From contig JBGOZA010000002.1 in assembly GCA_041480025.1 (NCBI GenBank), positions 1-42,745 on the forward strand: a stretch of DNA of 42,745 nt, read 5' to 3'. Both the position numbers and the translations under genes were made by a program. Under the pieces are notes generated by a model. The model was not told where the DNA came from. It saw nothing but the letters and a program-made list of their open reading frames with translations, and made no database searches. The stretch comes from Candidatus Bathyarchaeia archaeon. GTDB taxonomy: Archaea > Thermoproteota > Bathyarchaeia > RBG-16-48-13 > GCA-020355125. Below are positions 35,103 to 42,745 of the stretch, one piece after another. Each line of letters starts with the position of its first letter. Within the stretch, counting starts at the first letter, position 1.

Positions 35103-36370
35103 TTGTCAATGTCTTAAAAACGGTTGGATTGGAGGGTAAAGCTAAAGCTCCGCCATCAAAGAGCTACAGCCATAGAGCAATAATAGCTGCTACTCTTAGC
35201 CATGACACAACCCGCATAGCTTCTCCTCTCAGCTGTGACGATGTCGATGCAACGCTTCAAGCCTGCAAGCTGCTAGGTGCCAACATAGTAGAAGAAGGTA
35301 GTGAGCTTTGTATCACAGGTCCAAGAAAGCTTCAAGCTCCTACCGTTGCTATTGATTGTGGTGAATCCGCGTCTACTCTAAGATTTCTACTTCCAGTAGT
35401 TGCCTTAACTAATGGTAGAACAATTCTGACCGGAAGTCCTCAGCTGATCAAGAGACCAATAGGTCCTCTTGTAGAAACTCTGAGAAAACTAGGAGTTGAC
35501 TGCTCATCTTCCAAAGGTTATCCGCCAGCCATAGTAAACGGAGGAGGAATAATCGGTGGTTCTACTTCCCTACGGGGAGATATGAGTTCTCAATACGTGA
35601 CTGGGCTGCTCTTTGCGGCACCTTTAGCTGAGCATGAAGTAAAAATACAGATCACGACGGGTTTGGAGTCAAAGCCCTATGTTCTTCTAACAATCGATGT
35701 TCTTAGGAAGCATGGTATTGTGCTGGATGCTTCTACAAGCCTTAGGAGATTCAAGGTTCCATCAAACCAGAGCTACAAAGCTGCGGTTCACAGAGTGCCA
35801 GGTGACTATTCCTCAGCAGCTTTCCTACTTGCTGCGGCTGCTTTGACTGGTTCAAGCATAGACGTTGAGAATCTATTTCCGAATCAACCAGACAGCTCAA
35901 TAGTTGAGCTCCTTTCAGAGATGGGTGCGGAGGTCAAAACGTATGGTAACAGTGTCAGAATCAATGGGGGATCATTGAAGGGAATTGAGGTTGATGTAAG
36001 AGACACGCCAGATCTTGTCCCCGTCATAGCTGTCTTAGGATGCAAGGCCTCAGGAACAACTCGAATAATCCAGGCCAAAAGGCTCAGATATAAGGAATCA
36101 GACCGACTCAGCAGTTTAGCTCAAGAGCTTCACAAATTCGGCGCCAAAGTATCAGAAGATTTAGATTCTCTTACCATAGAAAGTCCTAGAAGACTATTAG
36201 GAGCCAAGGTTGATTCCCATGGAGATCACCGAATAGCTATGGCATGCACAGTATTAGGCCTTGTATCGCAAGGAGAGACAGAGATTGCTGGGGCAGAATG
36301 CGTTGAGAAATCATATCCCAGCTTCTTCAAGGATCTAGAGTCATTGGGAGGAAGAATCAGTGTCAGGTAA
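35099..36370 (+). CDS. aroA: 3-phosphoshikimate 1-carboxyvinyltransferase (EPSP synthase)
   Basis: PPSKSYSHRA, GES.STLRFL, SSQY.TGLL, DHRIAMA and EKSYP.FF. Confidence 0.85.
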   Translation: MIVNVLKTVGLEGKAKAPPSKSYSHRAIIAATLSHDTTRIASPLSCDDVDATLQACKLLGANIVEEGSELCITGPRKLQAPTVAIDCGESASTLRFLLPVVALTNGRTILTGSPQLIKRPIGPLVETLRKLGVDCSSSKGYPPAIVNGGGIIGGSTSLRGDMSSQYVTGLLFAAPLAEHEVKIQITTGLESKPYVLLTIDVLRKHGIVLDASTSLRRFKVPSNQSYKAAVHRVPGDYSSAAFLLAAAALTGSSIDVENLFPNQPDSSIVELLSEMGAEVKTYGNSVRINGGSLKGIEVDVRDTPDLVPVIAVLGCKASGTTRIIQAKRLRYKESDRLSSLAQELHKFGAKVSEDLDSLTIESPRRLLGAKVDSHGDHRIAMACTVLGLVSQGETEIAGAECVEKSYPSFFKDLESLGGRISVR

Positions 36371-37436
36371 CTCCATTGGCAAGCGGTTCGTAGCCACAAG
36401 TTTCGGTGAGAGCCACGGCAAGTGTGTAGGCGTAGTAATTGACGGCTGCCCATCAGGGCTTCAGCTGAATGAAAGCACAGTCCAAAGAGACCTTGATCGA
36501 CGAAGACCTCAATCAGGAACTATTTCAACTCCACGGAAAGAAGAAGACAAGGTTGAGTTTCTGTCAGGAGTTATGAACGGAAGAACGACAGGAGCCCCTG
36601 TCACGATGTTGATATGGAACAGAGATGCTGATTCAGCCTCTTATGATGAATTTCGTTACAAGCCGAGACCAGGACACGCGGACTATCCAGCCCTAATTCG
36701 CTATGAGGGAAACAACGATTATCGCGGCGGTGGCCGATTTTCTGGAAGACTCACAGCAGCAATAGTGATGGCCGGAGCAGTCGCCAAGGTTTATCTTGAA
36801 TCAAGGCATGTTGAGGTCTTTGCCTATACGCTAGAAATTGCGGGAATCAAAGCTAGACTACCCGAAGTCTACAAGATTCGTGAAATCGCTGCCAAGAACG
36901 TAATGTGTACTCCAGATGAAGACGCTGCTGAAAGAATGGAGCGCGCTGTCGCAGCCGCTAGAGAAGAAGGAGACAGTGTCGGAGGCATTGTAGAATGCAG
37001 AGCGTCTGGTATTCCTCCAGGCATTGGTGAACCCATCTTCGACTCAATAGACGCAGATTTGGCTAAGATTCTTTTCGATATACCCGCAGTCAAAGGAGTT
37101 GAGTTCGGCAGCGGATTCGAAGCTGCAAGACTGAAAGGCTCTGAGAATAATGACTCCTTCATTGTCACCGATGGCCGTGTAGCCACAAAGACAAACAACG
37201 CTGGTGGAATCCTTGGTGGCCTTACCAATGGTATGCCGATTGTTGTGAGAGTGGCTTTCAAACCCACCTCCTCTATAACTAAGAAACAACTGACGGTTGA
37301 CTTGAAGAAGATGGAGCAAGCAGAACTGGAGATCAAAGGAAGACACGATGCGTGTATAGTGCCTCGTGCTGTTCCGGTAGTCGAAGCAAGCACTGCCATA
37401 GTGCTAGTCGATCACATGCTTCGACTTGCTATCTAA
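36360..37436 (+). CDS. aroC: chorismate synthase
   Basis: SFGESHG..VG.VIDGCP.G, RPGHADY, GGGR.SGR and NAGGILGG. Confidence 0.9.
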   Translation: MSGNSIGKRFVATSFGESHGKCVGVVIDGCPSGLQLNESTVQRDLDRRRPQSGTISTPRKEEDKVEFLSGVMNGRTTGAPVTMLIWNRDADSASYDEFRYKPRPGHADYPALIRYEGNNDYRGGGRFSGRLTAAIVMAGAVAKVYLESRHVEVFAYTLEIAGIKARLPEVYKIREIAAKNVMCTPDEDAAERMERAVAAAREEGDSVGGIVECRASGIPPGIGEPIFDSIDADLAKILFDIPAVKGVEFGSGFEAARLKGSENNDSFIVTDGRVATKTNNAGGILGGLTNGMPIVVRVAFKPTSSITKKQLTVDLKKMEQAELEIKGRHDACIVPRAVPVVEASTAIVLVDHMLRLAI

Positions 37437-37446
37437 AGGTGAACAC

Positions 37447-38853
37447 ATGAAGCGAGATCTTGAACAGCTTAGGATGAAAATTGCAGCTCTCGACAAAGAA
37501 ATACTTCAGCTCTCAAAGAAACGGATGCTTATTGCAGAAGAAGTTGGAAAGATCAAGAGCAGCAGCAACATACCCGTTGTCAACTATGTTTCTGAAGCTT
37601 CCGTGTTTAAGAGAGCTGAAGCAGTCGCGAGAGATGAAGCTCTTGACCCAGATTTTGCTCGCAAACTTGTTTCCACTCTTGTTGAGGAATCTATTCGAAT
37701 ACAGGCTGGACCACAGAAGAATCGAGCCGAATACCTCTACTCAATGTTTGAAAAAGCGGAAAGCCTAGAGAGCAAAGGCAGAAAGACTATTCGCCTTGAT
37801 GTTGGCGAACCAGACATAACCGCGCCGCAAGAGCTGAAGAATGCTCTGCGTGACAGTCTATACGGAAATGATCACATAGGCTATGTTTCTTCAAAAGGTC
37901 TACTTGAGCTAAGAGAAGCGGTTGTGAGCACTCTCAATGAAAGATATGGCATAGACCTTGAAGCAAACCAGGTTCTGATTACTCCAGGAGGAAAATTCGC
38001 CATATTCTCAGCAATACTGGCAATGATTTCTCAACAGGATCGCGCCCTCATACCTGAACCTACCTGGCCAGTCTACGGCAACATTGTTCGTCTAGTTGGT
38101 GGCCGTGAAGACGTGTTACATACACATCTTGAAGACAGATGGAGTATTTGTTCAGACAAGCTATTCAATATGCTCCAGCTTCATCCGAAGCTAATGATCC
38201 TGTGCTCACCAAACAATCCTTCAGGGAAAGTCTTCGGAGAAAAAGAGCTCACGGAAATCGTTGAGGCTGCCAGCAAACACGGAACCTATATGTTAACAGA
38301 TGAAGTCTACGAATCCTATTCTCCAACACCAATAAAGAGCATACTACAACTCGCGGATTCGAACTTCATCTACGTAAATACGTTCTCAAAACGATATGGT
38401 ATGACAGGGTGGCGTATCGGCTACGCCATCTCCGACAAAGAGACAATAGACAGGATGCAGTCAGTTCTTCAGCTTTCAATCACATGTGTTCCAGAGTTCA
38501 TTCAGAAGGCTGCAATAGTTGCTCTAAGAATGGAACAGAAAGCTTATGACGAATATGCCAAAAAGATGCAGAATCGTATAGACATCGCGTGTAGGGAACT
38601 GGACAAACAGCCGGTCAAATATGTTAGACCCGAAGGAGGAATGTATGTCTATCCTCGAGTCGAGATCAAGGGTTTCAATTCAGAAGTCTTTGCACACAAA
38701 CTTCTAGATGATACAGGTGTCGCAGTTACACCGGGTGAAGCCTTTGGCGATTATCCAGAACATCTCAGAATATCTTTGGGTACAAATATTGAGGAAATCC
38801 GTGAAGGAATTAGGATAATGGGCGGAAGTCTCCAAGAATGGCCGAAAAAGTAG
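37447..38853 (+). CDS. chorismate mutase (AroQ) fused to a class-I aminotransferase
   Basis: The N-terminal roughly 90 aa, LEQLRMKIAALDKEILQLSKKRMLIAEEVGKIK, form an AroQ helix pattern. The rest carries GEPD, SPNNPSG and NTFSKRYGMTGWRIGY with the lysine present. GGTGA lies upstream of the ATG at 37447. Confidence 0.8.
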   Translation: MKRDLEQLRMKIAALDKEILQLSKKRMLIAEEVGKIKSSSNIPVVNYVSEASVFKRAEAVARDEALDPDFARKLVSTLVEESIRIQAGPQKNRAEYLYSMFEKAESLESKGRKTIRLDVGEPDITAPQELKNALRDSLYGNDHIGYVSSKGLLELREAVVSTLNERYGIDLEANQVLITPGGKFAIFSAILAMISQQDRALIPEPTWPVYGNIVRLVGGREDVLHTHLEDRWSICSDKLFNMLQLHPKLMILCSPNNPSGKVFGEKELTEIVEAASKHGTYMLTDEVYESYSPTPIKSILQLADSNFIYVNTFSKRYGMTGWRIGYAISDKETIDRMQSVLQLSITCVPEFIQKAAIVALRMEQKAYDEYAKKMQNRIDIACRELDKQPVKYVRPEGGMYVYPRVEIKGFNSEVFAHKLLDDTGVAVTPGEAFGDYPEHLRISLGTNIEEIREGIRIMGGSLQEWPKK

Positions 38854-39710
38854 CCATACTGGGGGGAACTGGCAAGATGGGGCGATGGTTCGCCCGTTTC
38901 TTCAAAACTAAAGGATATAGAGTTGTCATAGGAGGAAGATCGCCACAGAAGAACAGGATCATTGCCGAAGAACTGGGGGTTGAATCAGCTTCATCCAATA
39001 GCGATGCAGTACGAGGAGCGCACATCGTCGTCGTTTCGACCTCTATAGAGACTGTTCCCGAAACAATAATGCAGATTAAGGATAGCATAGGAAGAGGCTC
39101 AATAGTCTTTGACATTGCCTCAGTAAAAACCGGGATCGCTGAGGCTTTAGAGGTATTGCATGCAAAAGGCGCAAGGGTCACTAGTATTCACCCCATGTTT
39201 GGTCCGGGAGCAGATTCTATCAAAGGGAAGAAGATTATTGTCGTACCAGTAGTCAAAGACGATACAGCTACTGCATGGGTAGTCGACTTCTTCCAGAAAG
39301 AAGGAGCTGACGTGCATATGGTCAAGAACGCTGAGGAACATGATCGCATCGTTGCAATAACTCTGAGTCTCACCCATTTTCTGAACATCTCCCTTGGAAG
39401 AGTACTTGCCAGACAGGATATCCAGAAGGTGAAGGAGCTAGCAGGAACCACCTTCTCGCTGCAACTCACTCTTGCCGAAGCTGTTTTGTCGGAAGACCCT
39501 GAACTCTACTATAGAATTGAGGCTCTGAACCCTTTCTTCAAGGAGCTGGCAGTGGATTTCATGTCAGCTATGAAAGAGACATATATGGATCTTGATAGCA
39601 AGGAAGCCTTCGTTAAGCACTTCCTTGAATCAAGGGAAGGTTTGGCAAAGGATTCTCAGTTTTCTACAGCTTATGAGAGATTCTACCGGGCGTTTAAGGC
39701 CTTGACGTAG
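38838..39710 (+). CDS. tyrA: prephenate/arogenate dehydrogenase
   Basis: VAILGGTGKMGRWF Rossmann motif, D.ASVK and SIHPMFGP. Overlaps the upstream gene by 16 nt. Confidence 0.75.
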   Translation: MAEKVAILGGTGKMGRWFARFFKTKGYRVVIGGRSPQKNRIIAEELGVESASSNSDAVRGAHIVVVSTSIETVPETIMQIKDSIGRGSIVFDIASVKTGIAEALEVLHAKGARVTSIHPMFGPGADSIKGKKIIVVPVVKDDTATAWVVDFFQKEGADVHMVKNAEEHDRIVAITLSLTHFLNISLGRVLARQDIQKVKELAGTTFSLQLTLAEAVLSEDPELYYRIEALNPFFKELAVDFMSAMKETYMDLDSKEAFVKHFLESREGLAKDSQFSTAYERFYRAFKALT

Positions 39711-39728
39711 TTGCGGATCCTTGTTTTA

Positions 39729-40370
39729 CTAAGGTGGTTTGAATACATCAATTCTTGTCGGATTGGGCAGGGATTCTTTAACATATTCAATCTCAGTCCT
39801 TCCAATCCTATTCACATTCTTGCCAACTAAGAAAGGTTCGACATCACTGATCGGGTATTGTAGTCCAGGAACCCTGTAGTGCATTGGTATGGCGATTCTG
39901 GGTTTCATCTTGTTGACAATCATCGTTGCAGCTGTTGAGTCAATCGTGTACTTTCCTCCAACCGGTATCATCAGAACGTCAATTGCCCCGATTTTTTCTA
40001 CCTCAAGCTCTGTCAAAATATGGCCCAAGTCACCTAAGTGTGCAAAACGGATGGAATCCAACTCGAATGTGAAGACCGTGTTCTTGCCTCTCTTTGCGCC
40101 TTTTGCATCGTCGTGAAAGAAATCAATCCCGTTTATCTTGATGCCATGCTCTTCGAAGCTTCCTGCATGGTCAAAGATCTTGCTTCCTTTCTTGCCTACG
40201 GCCTCTTTTCCACTTGCATGGTCATCGTGACCGTGTGAGACTAGGATGATGTCGGCTTTGACTGCGGGTGCATCCATGTTAACGCTCTTTCCATCATGAG
40301 GATCAGTTATGACTGTAACTTGGCTTCTGATCTCAAAGCAGGCGTGTCCCCACCATTTCACAAGCACCAA
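39729..40370 (-). CDS. UPF0173-type metallo-beta-lactamase-fold hydrolase
   Basis: KWWGHACFEI, ITDPH and ILVSHGHDDH. Confidence 0.75.
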   Translation of the reverse strand: MVLVKWWGHACFEIRSQVTVITDPHDGKSVNMDAPAVKADIILVSHGHDDHASGKEAVGKKGSKIFDHAGSFEEHGIKINGIDFFHDDAKGAKRGKNTVFTFELDSIRFAHLGDLGHILTELEVEKIGAIDVLMIPVGGKYTIDSTAATMIVNKMKPRIAIPMHYRVPGLQYPISDVEPFLVGKNVNRIGRTEIEYVKESLPNPTRIDVFKPP

Positions 40371-40571
40371 TTACAATAACCCGAGTACAATGTACTGGAG
40401 CATTGAAATAAGGAATTCTGAACATCACACCATTATGTACAAGCTAATACTATTCTTGAGATCAGAGCACGCCATTCTGCATATACGCCTGCTTTCCAAG
40501 ATGAGCAGCTCCGTGTTGAAAAAAGCGTCTCGTCTCATTGGACAAGATGAGTTTGCTGGGCCTATGCTGAA

Positions 40572-41006
40572 TCAGATGTCAAGAATGAACTTAACCGTAT
40601 AGCCAGAATCAGACTTGAAGATTTCCATTCTGTGGTAGGTAACAGCTTTTACATCTGTTCTCGACTCGTGGCGTTTCTTGTTAAATGGTTCACCCCACAT
40701 CGTTGCTTTCAGAACGAAGCCTTCAGAAGTGCGGTTAATCGACTCCACTTTGAAACGAGAATACAGCTTACCATCTACTTCAAACTTGAGTAGAAGAGCT
40801 TCGAGCCATGAGTAGAGCAGATTCTCCTCATCCTGAGCCATGACTTCCAAGCGGTCTTCTCCAGAGACTCTCACCTGTTTTGTGTCAGTCATGGTTTCAA
40901 ACATAGCTATTGCAGAATTCTCAAAAGCCTCTGCTAGGCTGCTACCGTAGGCAGCTACATAAACATCTGCCGTATGCTCCAAGAACTCAAACTTCTTAGC
41001 AGACAC
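40572..41006 (-). CDS. archease (RtcB activator)
   Basis: FEFLEHTADVYVAAYG..LAEAFENSAIAM and VKAVTYH.MEI are typical archease motifs. GTG start. Confidence 0.85.
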   Translation of the reverse strand: MSAKKFEFLEHTADVYVAAYGSSLAEAFENSAIAMFETMTDTKQVRVSGEDRLEVMAQDEENLLYSWLEALLLKFEVDGKLYSRFKVESINRTSEGFVLKATMWGEPFNKKRHESRTDVKAVTYHRMEIFKSDSGYTVKFILDI

Positions 41007-41231
41007 TTGAACTCTCCAACAAGTAACAAAAAGGCGTTGAGCTAGATAAGTCTAGACACCCTAGGCACTAACAGAAACGATCATAACGTGTAGTAGGCAG
41101 CTTGAAGAATGCCGGTGCCGGTCTTAACATGATCTGGGATTTAATCCAGATTTCAAGCTTTGACAGTTCAGAGGAACATTTATACGGGGAAGAGCAGACA
41201 CAAAGCGACTCACAACTGGAGTTGTCTGAAA

Positions 41232-41393
41232 ATGAAGTGGAAATGCATTGCTTGCGGATACATCTACGATCCTGAGAAGGGAGACCCTCAAGGAGGTATT
41301 GAGCCAGGAACCCCCTTTGAGAAATTACCTGATGGATGGATTTGTCCTGTTTGCGGCGTCCCAAAAGACATGTTCGAGAAGGTAGAAGACTAG
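41232..41393 (+). CDS. rub: rubredoxin
   Basis: [46 protein letters not shown] contains both CxxCG knuckles. The internal ATG is preferred over the track start at 41160. Confidence 0.85.
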   Translation: MKWKCIACGYIYDPEKGDPQGGIEPGTPFEKLPDGWICPVCGVPKDMFEKVED

Positions 41394-41569
41394 CGACCGA
41401 GGGCAGAATCAGCCGCACGTCCCCGCGCGCGCAAGCAGAAACTACGTCTCTCACCTTTCTGTCTTCAGTCTGCTAGGCAGTGTTGTGGATGCTGTCTTGG
41501 CATCTAATCTGACCTGGGCGCGCGAAGACATAAATGGGTGACCGCACTCAGTTACCTAGGGGATTTGGA

Positions 41570-41800
41570 ATGCCAACTGCTTTCGTACTAATAAACGCTG
41601 AAACAGGTTCTGAAACTGAGATACTTGACGTACTTAGAAAGATCGAGAACGTAAAGGAAGCATATGGAGTCTATGGAGTCTATGACATCGTGGCACGTGT
41701 CGAGGCTGACAGCCTTGATGCGCTTAAAGAGATGATTACATGGAAGATACGGAGACTCGATAAGGTCAGACAGACTCTCACAATGATGGCATATCTCTAA
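41570..41800 (+). CDS. stand-alone Lrp/AsnC ligand-binding (RAM) domain protein
   Basis: AFVLINAETGSETEILDVLRKIENVKEAYGVYGVYDIVARVEADSLDALKEMI matches the AsnC_trans_reg pattern and has no HTH. Confidence 0.7.
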   Translation: MPTAFVLINAETGSETEILDVLRKIENVKEAYGVYGVYDIVARVEADSLDALKEMITWKIRRLDKVRQTLTMMAYL

Positions 41801-42053
41801 GCATAGTGATTCTCATAGACGTTGTCGCGCGTGCTAGTCAGTTCTCTGGAATAGACTTCAAGGTTGTGTGGTATTGATTTTCTCCTAGCTGAGAAACTTG
41901 AGTGTTTCCTTAGAACAGTACAGTTCAATAGAGTGTCGAGCTGATTATTCTCAGAAACCTGGAAGAATCTGGTCGAAAGAGACCGTAAATCTAGAATCCA
42001 ATCTCGAGATTTCGCAATTGGTTAATTAGGAAGAAAGTAGTGGAGAAGAAAGG

Positions 42054-42311
42054 ATGCCTCAAGCAAAGTTCGACGTTGGAGAATCTGAGAAACACGAGGT
42101 TCTCGTCCAATCTTCCTATTGGACAGGCCAGATAAAGGTTGACGTAGATGGGAAAAGGGCCATTGACTCGTACACTCTGGGTTTTCCAAAGACTCTGGAT
42201 CTAGACATTGGTGAGAATGAAAAACACCAAATCAAGATAGAGGTCTCTGAGAATAACGCGTTCGGATTCTACATAGATGGCAAATTGATTAGAAAAGTTC
42301 GCATACGTTAG
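42054..42311 (+). CDS. hypothetical small beta-rich protein with an internal GE(S/N)EKH repeat
   Basis: ATG preceded by GGAGAAGAAAGG. VGESEKHEVLV and IGENEKHQIKI repeat 44 aa apart. DVDGK and YIDGK follow each repeat. Confidence 0.45.
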   Translation: MPQAKFDVGESEKHEVLVQSSYWTGQIKVDVDGKRAIDSYTLGFPKTLDLDIGENEKHQIKIEVSENNAFGFYIDGKLIRKVRIR

Positions 42312-42429
42312 CGAAAGAAATTCCTTTGTTTTCAATACTCTAGAGATTTTGGCTTCCTAGATAAGCGTGCATGGCAGCAAACTCTGATATCTATAGATTC
42401 AATTACTATATGCTAAGCAGGAATGTGAT

Positions 42430-42745
42430 ATGGAAGAGAGGATCTACTACTTCGAAGACACAAAACCCGAGAATACAGAACTACTTCTAAACATTGTAAT
42501 GCAGAAGGCAAAGGAAAGAGGGATAAAGCATGTTGTTGTGGCATCCACTCGCGGAGAAACTGGGGCAAAAGCGGCAGAAATGTTTCAAGGAACAGGGATA
42601 AACGTCGTGGTTGTCACTCACCCTACCAGTCCATCCGGTCCCGTTCTTCAGGAAGAGTTTGAGAAAAGAATCCGAACCTCTGGCGGAAAGATTGTGACCA
42701 CCACCTTCGCCTTTGGGGGCGTAGGAAGTAGCTTCAGAAAGCTCC
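42430..42745 (+). CDS. pyruvate-kinase C-terminal-domain-like protein (partial, runs off the window)
   Basis: YYFEDTKPENTELLLNIVMQKAKERGIKHVVVASTRGETGAKAAE...VVVVTH matches the stand-alone PK alpha/beta-domain-like family as I recall it. 3' truncated. Confidence 0.5.
   Translation, partial: MEERIYYFEDTKPENTELLLNIVMQKAKERGIKHVVVASTRGETGAKAAEMFQGTGINVVVVTHPTSPSGPVLQEEFEKRIRTSGGKIVTTTFAFGGVGSSFRKL

Noticed and set aside
1-42745. Search for tRNA, rRNA, CRISPR repeats, inteins, transposase or integrase genes, and terminal inverted repeats.
   Set aside because: No T-loop or anticodon-arm-like structures turned up in spacers. There are no regularly spaced direct repeats. DP2 and RtcB are of intein-free length, and no recombinase-like ORFs are present. 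The window looks like core chromosome rather than a mobile island.

Overview
Compact, roughly 90% coding archaeal chromosomal segment of mid-range GC. It holds about 48 protein genes. I recognised no rRNA, tRNA, CRISPR array, transposase or integrase. Archaeal hallmarks are Elf1, GGGP synthase, PolD large subunit DP2, Sec61-beta, Alba, ribosomal protein S25e, RpoK, deoxyhypusine synthase, RtcB, archease and archaeal-type inositol-1-phosphate synthase. Rubredoxin suggests an anaerobe. Elf1 together with PolD suggests a Bathy-/Thaum-/Kor-/Asgard-like lineage rather than Crenarchaeota (inference only). The largest coherent unit is a 10-gene, translationally coupled aromatic amino-acid supraoperon at 29939-39710. 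Its order is aspartate kinase, ADH synthase, DHQ synthase II, aroD, aroE, P-loop aroK, aroA, aroC, a chorismate mutase-aminotransferase fusion, then tyrA. I found no convincing novel multi-gene, defence-type system; most of the window is housekeeping. The observations most worth follow-up are: (1) a dense TGATATCA-core palindrome array upstream of an XRE-CBS regulator, inside a block of four small DNA-binding proteins; (2) a GabT-like class-III aminotransferase lacking the Schiff-base lysine, coupled to alba; (3) the unusual composition of the aro operon; (4) a TrmB regulator broken by a 1-nt homopolymer frameshift, divergent from a Tes-like radical SAM gene; (5) a 49-aa ribbon-helix-helix gene missing from the ORF track; (6) an Fpg/Nei homologue without the N-terminal catalytic proline. 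All family calls come from motif recognition by eye and memory. No searches were run.
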